Positions 42,341 to 55,274 of a stretch of 64,000 bases of DNA are shown piece after piece. This DNA is from Ramazzottius varieornatus (Eukaryota; Animalia; Tardigrada). Location: positions 4,763,624-4,827,623 of the forward strand of contig BDGG01000001.1 in assembly GCA_001949185.1 (NCBI GenBank), written 5' to 3'. Each line of letters opens with the position of its first letter. Within the stretch, counting starts at the first letter, position 1. Both the position numbers and the translations under genes were made by a program. Under the pieces are notes generated by a model. The model was not told the DNA's origin, ran no database searches, and saw only the letters and a program-made list of their open reading frames with translations.

Positions 42341-43774
42341 TTAGTAGGCTTCTGAACCACGCAACCGTTTTCCGATCTTTGGATAAGCCTTATCCAAAAT
42401 CTGACCAGGCGTTAATGTGTTGTCCACGTGATTATTCTTCTCACGTAAAGCATAATCGATAGACGACTCCAGATAATGTAACTGTACAAGATTCAGCGCC
42501 CGAAACACATAAGATACATCCTTCTGCCACCGAGTATCAGCACTTAACAACCGCATTTCATAGTACTCTGGTTGCTCAAACGCATAAAGCCTTTGAGCAG
42601 ATTCACCGGCATCACCAAAGGGGAACAAATGCGGATAACTCTTCTCCTCCTGAAACGGATCATCCACTGTCCACACTGCCTTCGTATGTCTCGGCAAAAC
42701 TCGGCCGATCCCATGCAAAGGAACTTCTCGGTCAAAACTCAACAAAGCATGCAAATCGTATATATCGATCCTTCGTCTCTCGTTAACCAGCTTTGACTTA
42801 CTCACCTTCTTCAAACTTTCCAAATCAATCTCTTCGTACAGGTGGTTATCGTACTTCAAACACCGCAAACCTTTGTACACTGCCTCATCATTCACGGAGT
42901 ACGTCGACGTCTGAAGCGTACCGTCGTCGTTCCTACTCTGAGACGTAGCCAACAGAAAAGACTCTGTCATGTTATCAGAGTGTTTACCCAAACTGGCAAT
43001 GTTTCGTTCAACCGACGACAAGATATGGACCATCTGTCCCTTGGTTTTGGTTAGGGAATTTTCGTGCCGCACCACACTGATGAAGGGTTGAATTAAACGA
43101 ACAGCCTGTAACTCCATGTAACCCAGATTAAGTTCCTCAGGTACGGGACCCGCATCCAGATTATTCAACCACCTGTTGCACTTGCAAAAATCTTCTACAA
43201 TGCCAGGTTTAAACTTCTGACACTTTGTACACACCACCTTGTCCCGACCCAAACAATCATGAGACCCATAATCAGCTAAGCGCAGCTTCTTCAACACATT
43301 CTACTCAGGACAGCAATCACAGGGACCCCACTCAACGTACAATTTTGCTTTGTAATCTGCACGGAATTTCACCCTCTGTTTTTCAATTCCGTCCGCACGT
43401 CGATCTTCGCTAGCTGCCAGCTGTTTCGCTTCACGCATCTCTCTTCTTTTTTCTGTTCTTAACTGATGACCTTTACTCTTCGCAAGCATCGGCTTATTCG
43501 CTCTTACACTACCAGCAACCGCAACATGCATTTCCATTTCACCTTGCAACGGCAGAGCACCCGGTACTAATCTCCTGACACTGCCAGTAACCACAATATC
43601 GGCCTCGCGAGAGTGAACAGAGCAAAGATACTTACAGTTTTCATCCAGTATTCCTTCACATCGGGCATTCCATTTCGACCTTTCTTCCACAGCAGTCGGA
43701 ATACTGTGCAGGGACCGACGATCGACAACTTTCTTCCTGTAGCGATATCCACATATCTCACAGGACTGCGACAT
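42341..43774 (-). pseudogene. THAP zinc finger fused in frame to the N-terminal region of a Helitron2/Helentron-type Rep; nonsense codon at 43303-43301; truncated before the HUH motifs
   Basis: THAP: CEIC..LHSIP..RSKW..LCSVH..LVPGALP. Rep N-terminus: NNLDAGPVPEEL..ELQAVRLIQPF..KGQMVHI, EEKSYPHLFPFG, RLLSADTRW and LRGSEAY. Confidence 0.75.
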
Positions 43775-45639
43775 TTTCGACGAAAACAGATAACAGCCAA
43801 AACTCTATGGAGATCCACAGGTTATACAACCTATAAGCAAACAGGAAAAACTCAGAAAATAAATAGTGATAATACTGAATAATTTTGAATAAAATCTCGT
43901 GAATCTCAGAAAGTAAATTGAATTATAATTCGGTATATAATCTTGAGAATCACAAAAAATGAACTAAGATTCTCAGGAATTTATTCGGCTGACGTCACAC
44001 GGACACGTGACTGAAAAAAATAAGACATCATTCCCAACCAGTATCATACCTCACAACGTCACCATAATATTTTGCTACATACGTGAGAAGTCTTACCTGT
44101 GAAATCTAAACGGGAACCTCAACCGGCAAAACGACGAACGCAGCAAAGAGTAACGAAATAACCAGTGACGAGCACTCAGTAAGCAAACAAACACAGCAGG
44201 CTGGACAGGCAGGAGATTCGCAGGAGATTTGAAGGAGATACTGCACGACGGCTGTTCACTAGGCTCACGGGCAATGGACTTTACGATCTGGGAACACCGA
44301 ATCACCGACCACATAATAAAGGCCACGCTACGTGAGCGGTACACTACTTGGACGTCTCGTTGATCGCTCAACGGTTAGACTCTCTGAACGGTTAGTCTGT
44401 GACGGACTGAGAAACATTACCAACTCAATTATGACTCCACAAAGAGAAAATCGTTCTTTGAAAAATCTAACCCACATGAAAGGTACTCCCGTATACAGAC
44501 TGCGCCCTGTACCGGGTCATGCCGTACACAGGGTTGTGCTTTGTGAAAGGTGGTGCTGTGAACAAGGCCGTGCCACACCGAAAACTGAACGAGAGGAGAG
44601 CGCAGGCAGTCACTCAATCCCTTATCTGACATGAATGGTCTCCTACAAGCAGTGTTGTTCCAATACAATGTATTTTAATGCATAATGCAGAATTCAATTC
44701 CGATATGGCCCGCTGTAGCCGTAGATTTAACTATGGGCGACCGGATTCGAATTAGTTCCACTGTCGCATCGGAAAAACACTGCTTACAAGCATTCCAATT
44801 GTCACATTAAAAACGACTGAAACCTGAATATTCCTCGCCCGTTTCCGAATGGAAAACTGAATGCGGCTACAGAAAGCCAAGCTTGTATACGGGGCACACA
44901 GCTTGGTCGTTCCGTTCGTTCGGAAACGTTCAAACTTCTTTGAACGGTTAAACTTTAACGAACTGGGAAACGACGGGGCTAAAAGAGTGTCCGAGAACGG
45001 GAAACTGATCCCGCAAAAGGAAAGTACTAAGCGGTGTCCGCGAAAGTGGCGCATTTCCGGCCCGTTAGACTATGTTTCATGTCACGGACTGCGAAAAGTT
45101 TTTTCAACGAATCTGAATTGTGTAAAACCATTCGGTTTCATACAATTTCGGTCGAAAACATGACTTGCGAAACAGGTCCAGTAAATTTGTCTCGTTCCAT
45201 GTACAGAATGCTCATGAAATCATAATATTGTTGTTACAGAGTCGAAAAACTATCACTTACACGGTTGCGGTCCCTTTTTCAATAAAGGTGGACCTCTCTG
45301 ACTGTTTTAAACTAAACCATTTGGGTGATGGTTTGGACATAAAAACAAGGCGCCTGTGCATTGGTCAGGAAATTGGCTTTCATTTTCCCTTTTGCATCGA
45401 CGAGTGCTGACGAGAACATGCCTTCATAGACCTGTGAGGGTCAAAGATATGACCGTTGCAGTTCCCCGAGGGAAAGTGTCCAGGGAGGAAAGAAACCGCT
45501 TATATAAACCACCGAAATATGTAATAGTTGATTGAAGAATTCTATGATCTATGTCCAAGTGTTCCTGACAGTTTCGTGGTTTGTTCTCCGTGTGTAGCAG
45601 GCACGTTGGAGGTTAAATTTGTGGTTACCGCCTCTTTCA

Positions 45640-45775
45640 AGTAAAGTCCCGAACGTTCTCGAGCCCAACGGGATCGTCGGGGATGACCAGAAACGACCTG
45701 ACGGACTGACGCTCATCCCGTGGCAACAAGGTAAGGCTCGTGTCTGGGATGTAACCTGTATGGACACTCTTGAAG
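45640..45775 (+). mobile_element. Fragment of the restriction-like endonuclease of a CRE-clade-like non-LTR retrotransposon
   Basis: LEPNGIVGDDQKRPDGLTLIPWQQGKARVWDVTCMDTL contains the RPD..WD.T motif. Confidence 0.75.
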
Positions 45776-46834
45776 AAACAAACCTGCTTTCGGAACCTTT
45801 TCCAGTCATAGAGGTTTGGAGAAGATCTATTCTATTGTCGATGTCAATAACCGAAATTTTTAGCTGATTTGAATTGTTTTATCGCTTTGGGATCCGGTAC
45901 TACCGGGCCTCTTTATGCTTTTGCAAATTGGCTTGCGTTTTGTGCATGGCTGTAATTGGCAATTTTAGAACTTATCGGCTGTGCCTATTTTTCACCATAC
46001 TGAATTTTCTGCTGTCTGCCCCACTAAATATAAGTTTTGACGTGAATTCCAAATACTGTATTACAACTACTGTAAAGGGATCTGAGGTTTCCCGCAGTCA
46101 CGTGACAGGCCAGTAAATATTGCGTGGCGGGGATAAAAAGCTTCACTGCCTTCAATCAAAGATTCCTGGTCAATCAGGTGCAGCAATGTGCCACTATCAA
46201 TCAGTGATATGAAGCCCCGGGTGTAACCCACCGGTCTGTCACGTGACTGCGCCATACCTTAGAGGGAATACAGTATGTTATCCAAACCTTTCCATAAGGA
46301 ATGGGGAGAATCGGCTCAGAGAGCAAGATTTGGCGACAAAGAAACGCCTCAATGCCATGTTGCCAATGATGTGGGCAGAAAATCTCTTTTCACGTGCACG
46401 AGCCTACCCTAACTGCGGGCATGGACAAACTGGGGCAGCGGAGCGAAAGCGGTGCGGGTCAGCTGATGTTGACCAATCAATTAAATTGATCGGAGCAACG
46501 TCGCTTTCGCTCCGCTGCTCACGCTGACGATCGGAGGTGCGGTGGAGAAGTGGTATGCAGCGACCTTAGACCGACATGTGCCTTAAATTACGTATGGGAT
46601 CTCCGATTCGTCGGAAAGCTTCCGCCAAATATAAGGTTATGCGTTTTGCCTTTACTCGTCACAGAAGCTATCCATGGGTACCAGACAGACACTGGTTTGA
46701 GTTGGAAAAACTCATGAACAAGGCACCTGGATATATCCAATTTTGAAAATTTGAGCTAGCTGGGCCGTCGCATCCCGCTTCCCCATCGCACCGCCGACCT
46801 ACACTGTTTTTTCTTCCACCGGTAGCTCAGTATA

Positions 46835-46954
46835 CTGTAATGCTTCTTGAACTTCGCGAACTACGTCATAGTAAGCGGGTGCCGTGTGCGTCATCATACC
46901 GTAAACTTCACGCTTGTTGTGACGTCAGCTCGTGAGGTTCAAGAATCATTACAT
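46835..46954. mobile_element. MITE sharing TIRs with the pogo element at 25765-27083
   Basis: TA|CTGTAATGCTTCTTGAACTTCGCGAA ... GAGGTTCAAGAATCATTACAT|TA. Confidence 0.75.
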
Positions 46955-47178
46955 TATATTGTATTAATACACGCTGTTCGGTTCGCCTTCGGCTCGCTCG
47001 CAGCTTGTCGACGATGTGGAAAAACCGAGAGGTGTAGTAGTGCGATTTAATTTATGGTAGCCGAGGTAAGGATTCAGGATAGAGCAATGAGGGAAAATGC
47101 CAAAGTACGCGTACGACTGAGACAGGTGATGGGTTCAAGGTTAGACGAAATAGTGTGCTAGCAAAGGGGGGAAGTATA

Positions 47179-48064
47179 CACAGAGTCCCATATTTAACTG
47201 TCCACCCCCATCTTCGTTTCAAAACTTCATAACTTATTTTGCACTAACCCGGTTTCGACATTGTGAACGTCTTTATAGAGATCAGTGTTTGATCTTTACG
47301 ACCACGTGACTTCCGTATGAATCAATCATCAAATCAACTGGCAGTATCATCCCTACGAACCCATAAAACTGCCTTTTTTTCGGCTCCGAGTTGCGTGTCC
47401 TAGCCAGCAGATAGCACGTCATGCTTCTTACTATTATGTAGCCCCAACATTAAGCTTTCAAGTAAGCCCATGCGAAAAATTTTTGAAACTCTGCGGTAAA
47501 AGTTTCGTTGACATACCTACTTCATGTACCTTTTGCCGCATGAAACGCGCCAATTCATGGTTACCTTTCGATATCTTCCGTTTCGACTAACCGAATGACT
47601 CAGATTACAAAGTCTGATTATCTTTATGAATGGTGTCACCATTTGAACGTAACTTGGCAGCAAGGATGTCGAAGACAAGGCGTCATGAATATGCACCACC
47701 GAAAATAACCGAGAATACTTGCTGGTTGACACGACGACAGAGCTTTTTCTGCATATCTGCAAAAGCTCCTTACATGGGCTCTCTTGAAAGCTTTATGTTG
47801 GGGCTACATAATAGTAACAAGCTTGACGTGCTATCTGCTGGCTAGCACCCGCAACTCGGAGCCGATAAAAGGCAGTTTCAGGTGTTCGTAGGGATGATAC
47901 GGCCAGTTGATTTGATGATTGATTCATACGGAAGTCACGTGGTCGTAAAGATCAAACACTGATCTCTATAAAGACGTTCAAAATATCAGAACCGGGTTAG
48001 TGCAAGATAAGTTATGAATTTTTGAACAAAAATGGGGCTGTACAGATAATTATGGGGCTCGGTG
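47179..48064. mobile_element. Non-autonomous Tc1-like foldback element with ~295-bp TIRs and TA TSD
   Basis: 47179-47472 is the reverse complement of about 47773-48064, with long identical stretches. Ends are TA|CACAGAGTCCCATA and TATGGGGCTCGGTG|TA. Confidence 0.9.
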
Positions 48065-48092
48065 TAGGGTGAAAATTGTTGGTGTTACATGT

Positions 48093-49417
48093 TCAGTTGC
48101 TCATCCATCCATTCCTTGAGCTCGTGCTTGGAAAATTCGTTATCAGTGTACCACATGAATTTTCCTGGTATGATCTCCAAGTGGTCTTCGACCAGCTGTA
48201 ATCCTTTGAACACCAGGATTTCATGTTCGAAAGTCTCCTTCGCAAAAATGACAGCCTGAAATAAGTGAAATGAATGCAGGTACCGCCGGGAGTATCTTGT
48301 AGAGGTAATCTTACCGGTGGTCCTCGTAGAATGAGGGTTCGTCGTTCCTCTATGGTCTCATCTCTGATGATCGCTTCACGCCATTCTTTGGTCTTGACTT
48401 TCTTGTCGGCTTTTTTCACTTCTTCGATGGAGACCAAGAATCCTACAGACAAAATTTGTATGAAGATCGTACAACAGTATGATTACTAATGCAGTGGGAA
48501 TCTTACTGGCTTCTGGGTTTAATGGCGTATTAGGATCGATGTCTGCTAACTTGGTGTATGATTCTCCGGCATGGTCGACAAAAGGTGGGTCTGCAGCGGT
48601 AATTTCGCTGACATTGGTAGTGAGAAGGAACTGGAAAGAGGTCGTGGCAGCGCACTGAACTGGGGTCTTTGATTTACCTTGACTTGTTTGAAGTGAAGTA
48701 TCTGTGAGAAAAACTTATTTTTCAGTGTATTGGTCTGTCTTTATTTGGGCGAATGTGCTAGCTTAGCGTACCTTGCCGATTTCAAAGGAATGTAGCGGCC
48801 AGTTATCAAACTGATTCTCCCACACGACAAGATTCATAGATTCCTTTTCGTCGGTCAAGATGTAACGGTACGTGTTTTTGCCAGCGAGCTCTTGGATGTT
48901 TGAAGCGTTTTAGACTTGGAGTTCCACATCGCTACTGTATGCTCTCCCGAAAGTCACGTACGTCACTAACTCTCAAATCATTGGGGTCTTACCGTCTAGT
49001 TTTACACACTGAATGGAGTGACGTACGTGAATTTCGGGAGAGTATACAGTAGTATGAAAAAAATAGATCGCAAAGTGAGCAGCATGGATTCAATTTAGAT
49101 GGGTTATCATAGTGTGTGGTACGTACATCAGTTGGTTATTCTTGAGGTCTCTTATGAATGAGATCGTTGGGCGAACTGCTTCAGGTAGTTTCGGTTGGTT
49201 CGATTTTCGGGAGTTGCTTGCCGTCGGTACCAAAGCAATAGGGATGAATTCCTAGTAGCTGCAAGGTGGCTTCTGGAGTGGACTCGGTTGAGGATGTTGA
49301 GGGTTGGAAGATGGCTGACGGAAGACCGGGGTTGATGTCACTGGCTTCGTGGACCTTTTGCTTCTTGTTAGCAGGAACTTCGTTTGCGGATATCGAGGGT
49401 TTGGGTTTAGAGGCCAT
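48093..49417 (-). pseudogene. Intron-containing gene downstream of the Helitron RepHel with an OB-fold/RPA-like segment; contains stops
   Basis: Starts MASKPKPS..NKKQKV (NLS-like). The exon at about 48772-48930 reads NIQELAGKNTYRYILTDEKESMNLVVWENQFDNWPLHSFEIGK, resembling the OB-fold l.D....i.lv.W pattern. GT-AG introns present. Confidence 0.45.
48935..49049. mobile_element. 115-bp TA-flanked MITE
   Basis: TA|CTGTATGCTCTCCCGAAAGTCACGTACGTCACT ... AGTGACGTACGTGAATTTCGGGAGAGTATACAG|TA. Confidence 0.85.
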
Positions 49418-49589
49418 CTTAGGTGATCGCGTGTGACGGTGTCGGAGAGGAAAGTTGGAATGGGGATGTGCGAGGATGAATGTCACGTCACTTGAACTGA
49501 AGTTCTGAAAGGTTGATGCAGTCCGAACTTTTTTGGTTGTCGAAGTAACCATCATATCAATCCAGATGGCAGCACGAGTGTCAGATATT

Positions 49590-52500
49590 TCTGGTAGCGC
49601 TGTAATGACCACAGCTGGACAAAAAATCATCCTGGAAAAGGTTGTCAAAAACGAAGATATAGTTGCTGAAGTTTGCATGCTTTTCAGATTCCAGCTTGCG
49701 TCCCGTGAACAAAACAGTGTAGTCGAATAAATAAAAGTCAGCGGCTACCTTTCAGTGACAGTTTCGAACCCCAACTTCCGGGTGTGGATACAGATTTGAT
49801 GAGTTCCTCAAGGTTTTGTTCTTCGTGATCGTTGTTTGTCGCCCCAAATGCATCGTATTTCTGTGGCTGATTTTGCAGTTCTTCTGCTATGGCAGTTCTG
49901 ATATCTGTGTAGTGAGACTGGTTCGAATCAAAAAGGTAGAATGAAATGGTACGGTAAAGGCATTCACCGTCTCCGATGATGGGCACGATTTCGAGGTTAT
50001 GGTCCTAGAGAAATCTTTCCCTGAATGTGGCATCCGGTGGGAGATTTGGTGCGTGGGTAACTTTTGACTGGGTCTTGGGGTTGGGCGGACGTATTTCGAT
50101 CTTTTTGTATTGACGTGCTCTGGGCTTGTTGAGTTTTGTGGTCGTGCTGCTTTGGTCGAGCAATAGCTGGGTATATACAGTGTTGATTATTCTGGGATGA
50201 CCGTCGTCTGTAATATTTTCGGGTAATCACAGAGCTAGAATAGTGTGGCGAGTATGAGTGCTGCTGGCTCCCACGTAGAGTTGACCGTGTTCGAATGGCG
50301 GCTCCCTTAAGTCGAGTCCGCATTTTGCAGCGTATCACCTTGCGATCGGTTATACGTTTTGCAGTATCCACACCTGACAGGGAACTGCTAGCGTTTAATC
50401 TTGATTTTGTTTCCGGGAAAATCCAGCTCAAAGGTGATTCGCGGAATAAGTACGGTCACTTTTGCTGAGAGTATTTCAGCAGTGATGAGTTCCCTTATCT
50501 TCTGTATCTCGATTTTTGTGTTGTTAAGTAGTCCATCATCTGGGGAAAGGTTTCTCAAGAGGTAGCAGTGCATACCTTCTTCCATTTGGATAGTGTGAGG
50601 TGGAGTATTAGGCTTCCATACAGTATTAAGGTATTCTCCGCTTAGACCGAGGTTATGAAGGTCCGTATCTGTGTCTTCATCGGGATGAACGAAGTCTATA
50701 AGCTGCTCCAGTTCTGTGTGGTGTTGATAAGGTCCAACGTCACTTCCTGGTTTTCTTTTTCTGGGAGGGTTCCGTTGCCAATTTTGTCTAGCATTTCCGC
50801 GTAGGGAAGATTTTGTGATTGACGAACTGGTATAGTAAGGTTGAATCTTTCGGAATTGGTCCAGGTGTTTGAGCGTAGCATGCTGGCGTTTATGGTGTCC
50901 TGGGCTGTGCCGTACTTGATAACTGGCGATATTTGCCTGAAGTCTCCCAAGCATATAAAACCCAAGTCCAGCTGATGGAGTCTTGTTCCGCCGTATATTC
51001 TGGAGCATTTTCAAAACTGCTTCAAAGTTCGATCGATGCATCATTGAAAACTCGTCCCATATAACCAGTCGACGTTCACGCAAAACTTCTGCTCGTTCTC
51101 CCGTTGGCATTACGTCATACTGTATATCACTTAGGTCAAGATGATCGTCTTTCACAGGAATTCTGAAATTATTGTGGGCTGTGCGGCCACCCGGATAATT
51201 CATTGCGGCGATCGCGGAACTAGCGCAGGCTAGAGCAACTTGGCCTTGTTCTCTTATGTAGTCTAACAAAAGATTACATACGTATGTCTTTCCTCGACCT
51301 GCTGGTCCATTGAGGAACAAAAGAGAACCTTGATCTTGATCAAGCTTGCGTTGTATTGTTTGCAAAAATTCCATTTGCTCGTTGTTGAGTGATGACAATT
51401 TGTCCCGGTAGTGTGCCATGCACTTCGCTTTATTGTACATCAGTCTCATCCTGTTCAGTTCAGTGCTTCTGTTCAGTGGTCAGGTAAACCAAAATCAATA
51501 TTTGATTTACCTAGGCAATCCAATTTTTTTGAAATGGCTGTCAGAACTATGCTTTCTGCTTCTTCTTCCGTCATGGACTGATTGATCGAGTAGTCTGAAG
51601 CCAACACCTGAATGAATTTGCTGTAGAGGTTCGGTGCAGGTGCTCCTTCGCTGATGCGCAACTCAAACAGACTCCGAAGTTGAGCTGGTGACTGAAAATT
51701 TTTGATCGCTTCCTCCATACACATGCCAGCTTCAACATTTCTGGAAACGAGTCCCATCGTCGCGCGACGGCTGCTTCGGCAAAAGAGCTGTAGTATACAT
51801 TGTCAAACATTTTCGAGTCATCATAGGAGCGGGCTGCACGGTGATTCAGTAACATCCGAAGAAAATATATTTCACCGGCGCTAGGCCGTTTAATGTACAT
51901 TCTTGCGACGTGTCGAAACTGACGCTCGTATACGTAATACTTTTTTCCGTCTGGTGCTTCGTTTCTGAAGACGGTCGTGGACCGCATGATATTGTTACTC
52001 GGTTCTGTCCTGGTCACCATGTACTGTTCGTAATACTGGAGATAGATTAGGTCGTCGAAGCTGGGATCATCTGGGCTGAGAAAATAATGTTCCAGTGGGG
52101 AAATACAACACAGTGCTAGATCTTCATTTAATTGGTTGTAGACCACATAGTTTCCTTTACCGATATGTACGGTGTAGTTGTCAACTGAAGGAAATCTTCT
52201 TGTGGTCTCGAAACCAAAACATCTCCACACTGCTTCGGAAGCCGATAAGTATATGGAATCTTGGTACTCCGATATTTTATCTTCCACTAGTTTCCATTTG
52301 GCCTGATCAACTCCTTTGTAAATATTTGTATAGATACATTATCAGTAGTACCGTATGGGATATGTCCACGTTGATATGACAGTCTAACGCATAGGTCAGT
52401 TCTGGATTGTAAGAAACAACCGATCGGTCCGCTTCCGTTTCACGTCTGTACCGCACATATCCCGCTTCATCAATATGAGTTTTGTTCGTCGAAGCAAAAG

Positions 52501-54085
52501 GATATCTTTGGTCGCAACGAGGTTGTCTGTACTTGCTTCCGTCCTTTAGTTTTTTGTGGCACCATTCCGGTCTGCAGGAATGAATGTATAGCGATTCTAT
52601 GATTCCTTTCAGCTGCGAACTGTCACGGGGCACGCAAGCACTAATGACATCGTCGATCTCTTCCGCCCTTTTAGGTTCGTTTTTTTGCTTTGATAGCAAT
52701 GCGGAAGACCACGTTTCTCAAACTCAATTACGTGAATTCGATGGATAATCTTTCCGCATTTGAGAGCCTTTGGGATGAGCTCAAACAACTGAGCGAGTTT
52801 TCCATGAATAACACGGGCCGTTATATCGGGGCGATCTGCAGCTGTCTATCCAGGCTACAGTTCGGCAATTATCTCCGGCCATTTTGGATTGCACGACATC
52901 GTAATAAAATATGTGGGATTTACCGTAACGCTTTACGATGGCTAACGCATCCGCAACCAGTTTCTGTTGGTGTCGAGGAGATCCAAGGAACTCAGACGTT
53001 AGGTAGACTCTACCGATTTTAACTTCACCGTCCGCGCTTGTCGTTTCATCGCTTCTTAGCTTTGATAGGTCGTCCTTTTCAACGACCCTTTTTTGTTGTT
53101 TGCGCAAGTAATCTAGCCGATCGGTCTCAACTGCACTAAAAATATCCACCACGAATTCGTTGAGCAGTGGCCCAAGCATATGCATCGATTTGTGGCGCAT
53201 TAGTAGATGTCGGTAGTACGCCAGCTGGCTGATCTTATCTTTCATTTCTTCACTCCATCCATGCATCCCATCAGGTACTATCAGGGCATACTGTAGTGGA
53301 AAATACAGAGCCGATTTCGAACTTACGAAAACCGGCTCCTTCTTCGTCTGCCGCCAATACACAATGGTCTTCGCCTTGATCGGTTTGTTAGGGTCAGTTA
53401 CAATCAGTGCAGCGATCTCCCGAGCCCTTGTTACAGTCAGCTCTGATCTGGCAAACTTCGCAGTCTGTTCTGATAATGATTTCAGTTTGTTCCAGAAAGG
53501 GCTAACTCGAGAGAGTTCCTCCCGTATGGTCCTGACCCACTCGCCCTCCAGGCGTTTCTCACCCTTGTCACTCAGCCCATCATACAGAAAGAATCTAAGA
53601 GGTCCCGACTCATATTGCCCAGGTAGGATACGGTGGTATGTCTTACCATGCAGGATGAGATTGGACGGCCCACCAGAAACCCGGTCTATTCCATGTGTCG
53701 ATACGATAGCACTGAAGGCGAAATGGTTATTATAGTGTCGACAACGGGTGGCAAATGCAGTTATCAAAAACAAAGCGATCCACGAAGCAGGTACATCAGG
53801 AAGATTGATCAGAGGCTCTTCCCGTTTTAGAGTCCACCCGCAACACAAAGAACCAGCATCAGATGAAAATAGCATGGTACCACAACGCTGACAGCGTTTT
53901 GTTTTCAGAGATGGGGCTCTTTTGAGCTTCTTCCGCTTTCTGCAAAGGTCCGTGGGTTCTTGACCCTCTTCATTTTTACGTTCGGCGTTCGTGTGGTGAC
54001 GAGCTATGCGATCTGCAGCAGCCTTGGCTTTTTTGCGTGCTGACCCCACACCAACCGACTTCCTCTTATAACGTTTGTCTGCCAT
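49590..54085 (-). mobile_element. Decayed Helitron RepHel (Zn finger, Helitron_like_N, HUH Rep, PIF1 helicase, OTU) with many frameshifts
   Basis: Motifs CQRCGT..LCC, YNNHFAF, FLGSPRHQQ..DALAIV, HVIEFEKRGLPHC, YNPEL..HINV, YLYKY, SASEAVWR, GPAGRGKT, IWDEFSM, GDFRQISPV and HGQLYV. OTU: GDGECLYR..GSWG..GHY. Confidence 0.92.
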
Positions 54086-54651
54086 TTTCGCTAAAGATCG
54101 CTGCAAAGATCGGCACCCAAAAACACAAGTGGTTCGTCTATCGTACTTTGCTAAGCAATACCGAAAGAAACCATCTATCAATAAAGACAAAATTTACCCT
54201 ACAACCAGAAAAAAATCTTCAAAAATTCAAAACTCGTGCAAACGAAAACTAAACCATCCTGGGAATACTGGTGACAGGTTTCATACAAACAGGCAAGTTT
54301 TTAAGTCATTCGGCCCACAGAGAAGCAAACGTAAGTGTGTACGAAGAAAAAAGGGACGGCCTTATATAGAAATTAGGGTTTTTGTGCGAAAGAGACCGCA
54401 CGCTTGGTTACGGCTGGATCAAGCGACGCCTTACGCAGGCTGGGAAAGAGGTTACTTTTCTTGCCGGCAAAGTTTACCGTATCGGGTGATTTGCGATCGG
54501 GTCCTCTAAATTTCACTTGACTGAGTAGAAAAAATCCTTTCCAAAGTTTCCATCTACCCGCACTTTGAATCTTCTAAATCGGAAGCTGGAAACGGAAGAT
54601 ATGATTTTCTGAATGACAGGGTAGGGGTCGGTCAATACTGGGAGACAATAA

Positions 54652-55138
54652 AGAAGGTGCACTTTGCGCAGATGGTTTGAACAAACGAGAACTAATTAAC
54701 TTTGAAAATCGAAGTTTATAAAAGCATTCGCTGGTAGTTCTGAGAAGTTACACAACGTGAGCGAGTTTGAGAAAAAACAATGGGGCAAACGACCGCTTCT
54801 GGCCACGGTGGTTTGATTGACAGTAATTGGCTCACCAAGTTGAAAAAGAGCTGGCTCAAATGCAAATCTGATTGACTGATTGTCCGGAGTGGAGGCCCTG
54901 TGTTACCCGGGCACCGATTACGCTTCCCAGTGCTTCGGGCCAGCCAGGGCATTACTGACGGCAATTTATTCATGTTTGAAATATACGGGTGATTTTCTTC
55001 GTGATTCACTAACGAAGCTTCCTTCGTTTCGTGAATCGCGAGGCGAATTACAAATCTTGAATGTTTAAACTTTTCTAAATACAATCGTTTTGTCCAAACG
55101 GTCGTTTGTTCAAACCAGCTGTGAAAAGTGCAACTTCT
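54652..55138. mobile_element. Probable MITE with ~36-bp imperfect TIRs
   Basis: GAAGGTGCACTTTGCGCAGATGGTTTGAACAAACGA pairs with TCGTTTGTTCAAACCAGCTGTGAAAAGTGCAACTTC. Confidence 0.6.
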
Positions 55139-55274
55139 CTAATGTATGAAGCAAACGGTGTATTACGTATGAGACTCCGGGGCGCCTTTAAAGTAAGCCG
55201 CAACCATTATTAGATTTTGACTTGCATTCAACTTAAAGAACACAACTACATCAGCAGTTCATCCCAGACTTGAT

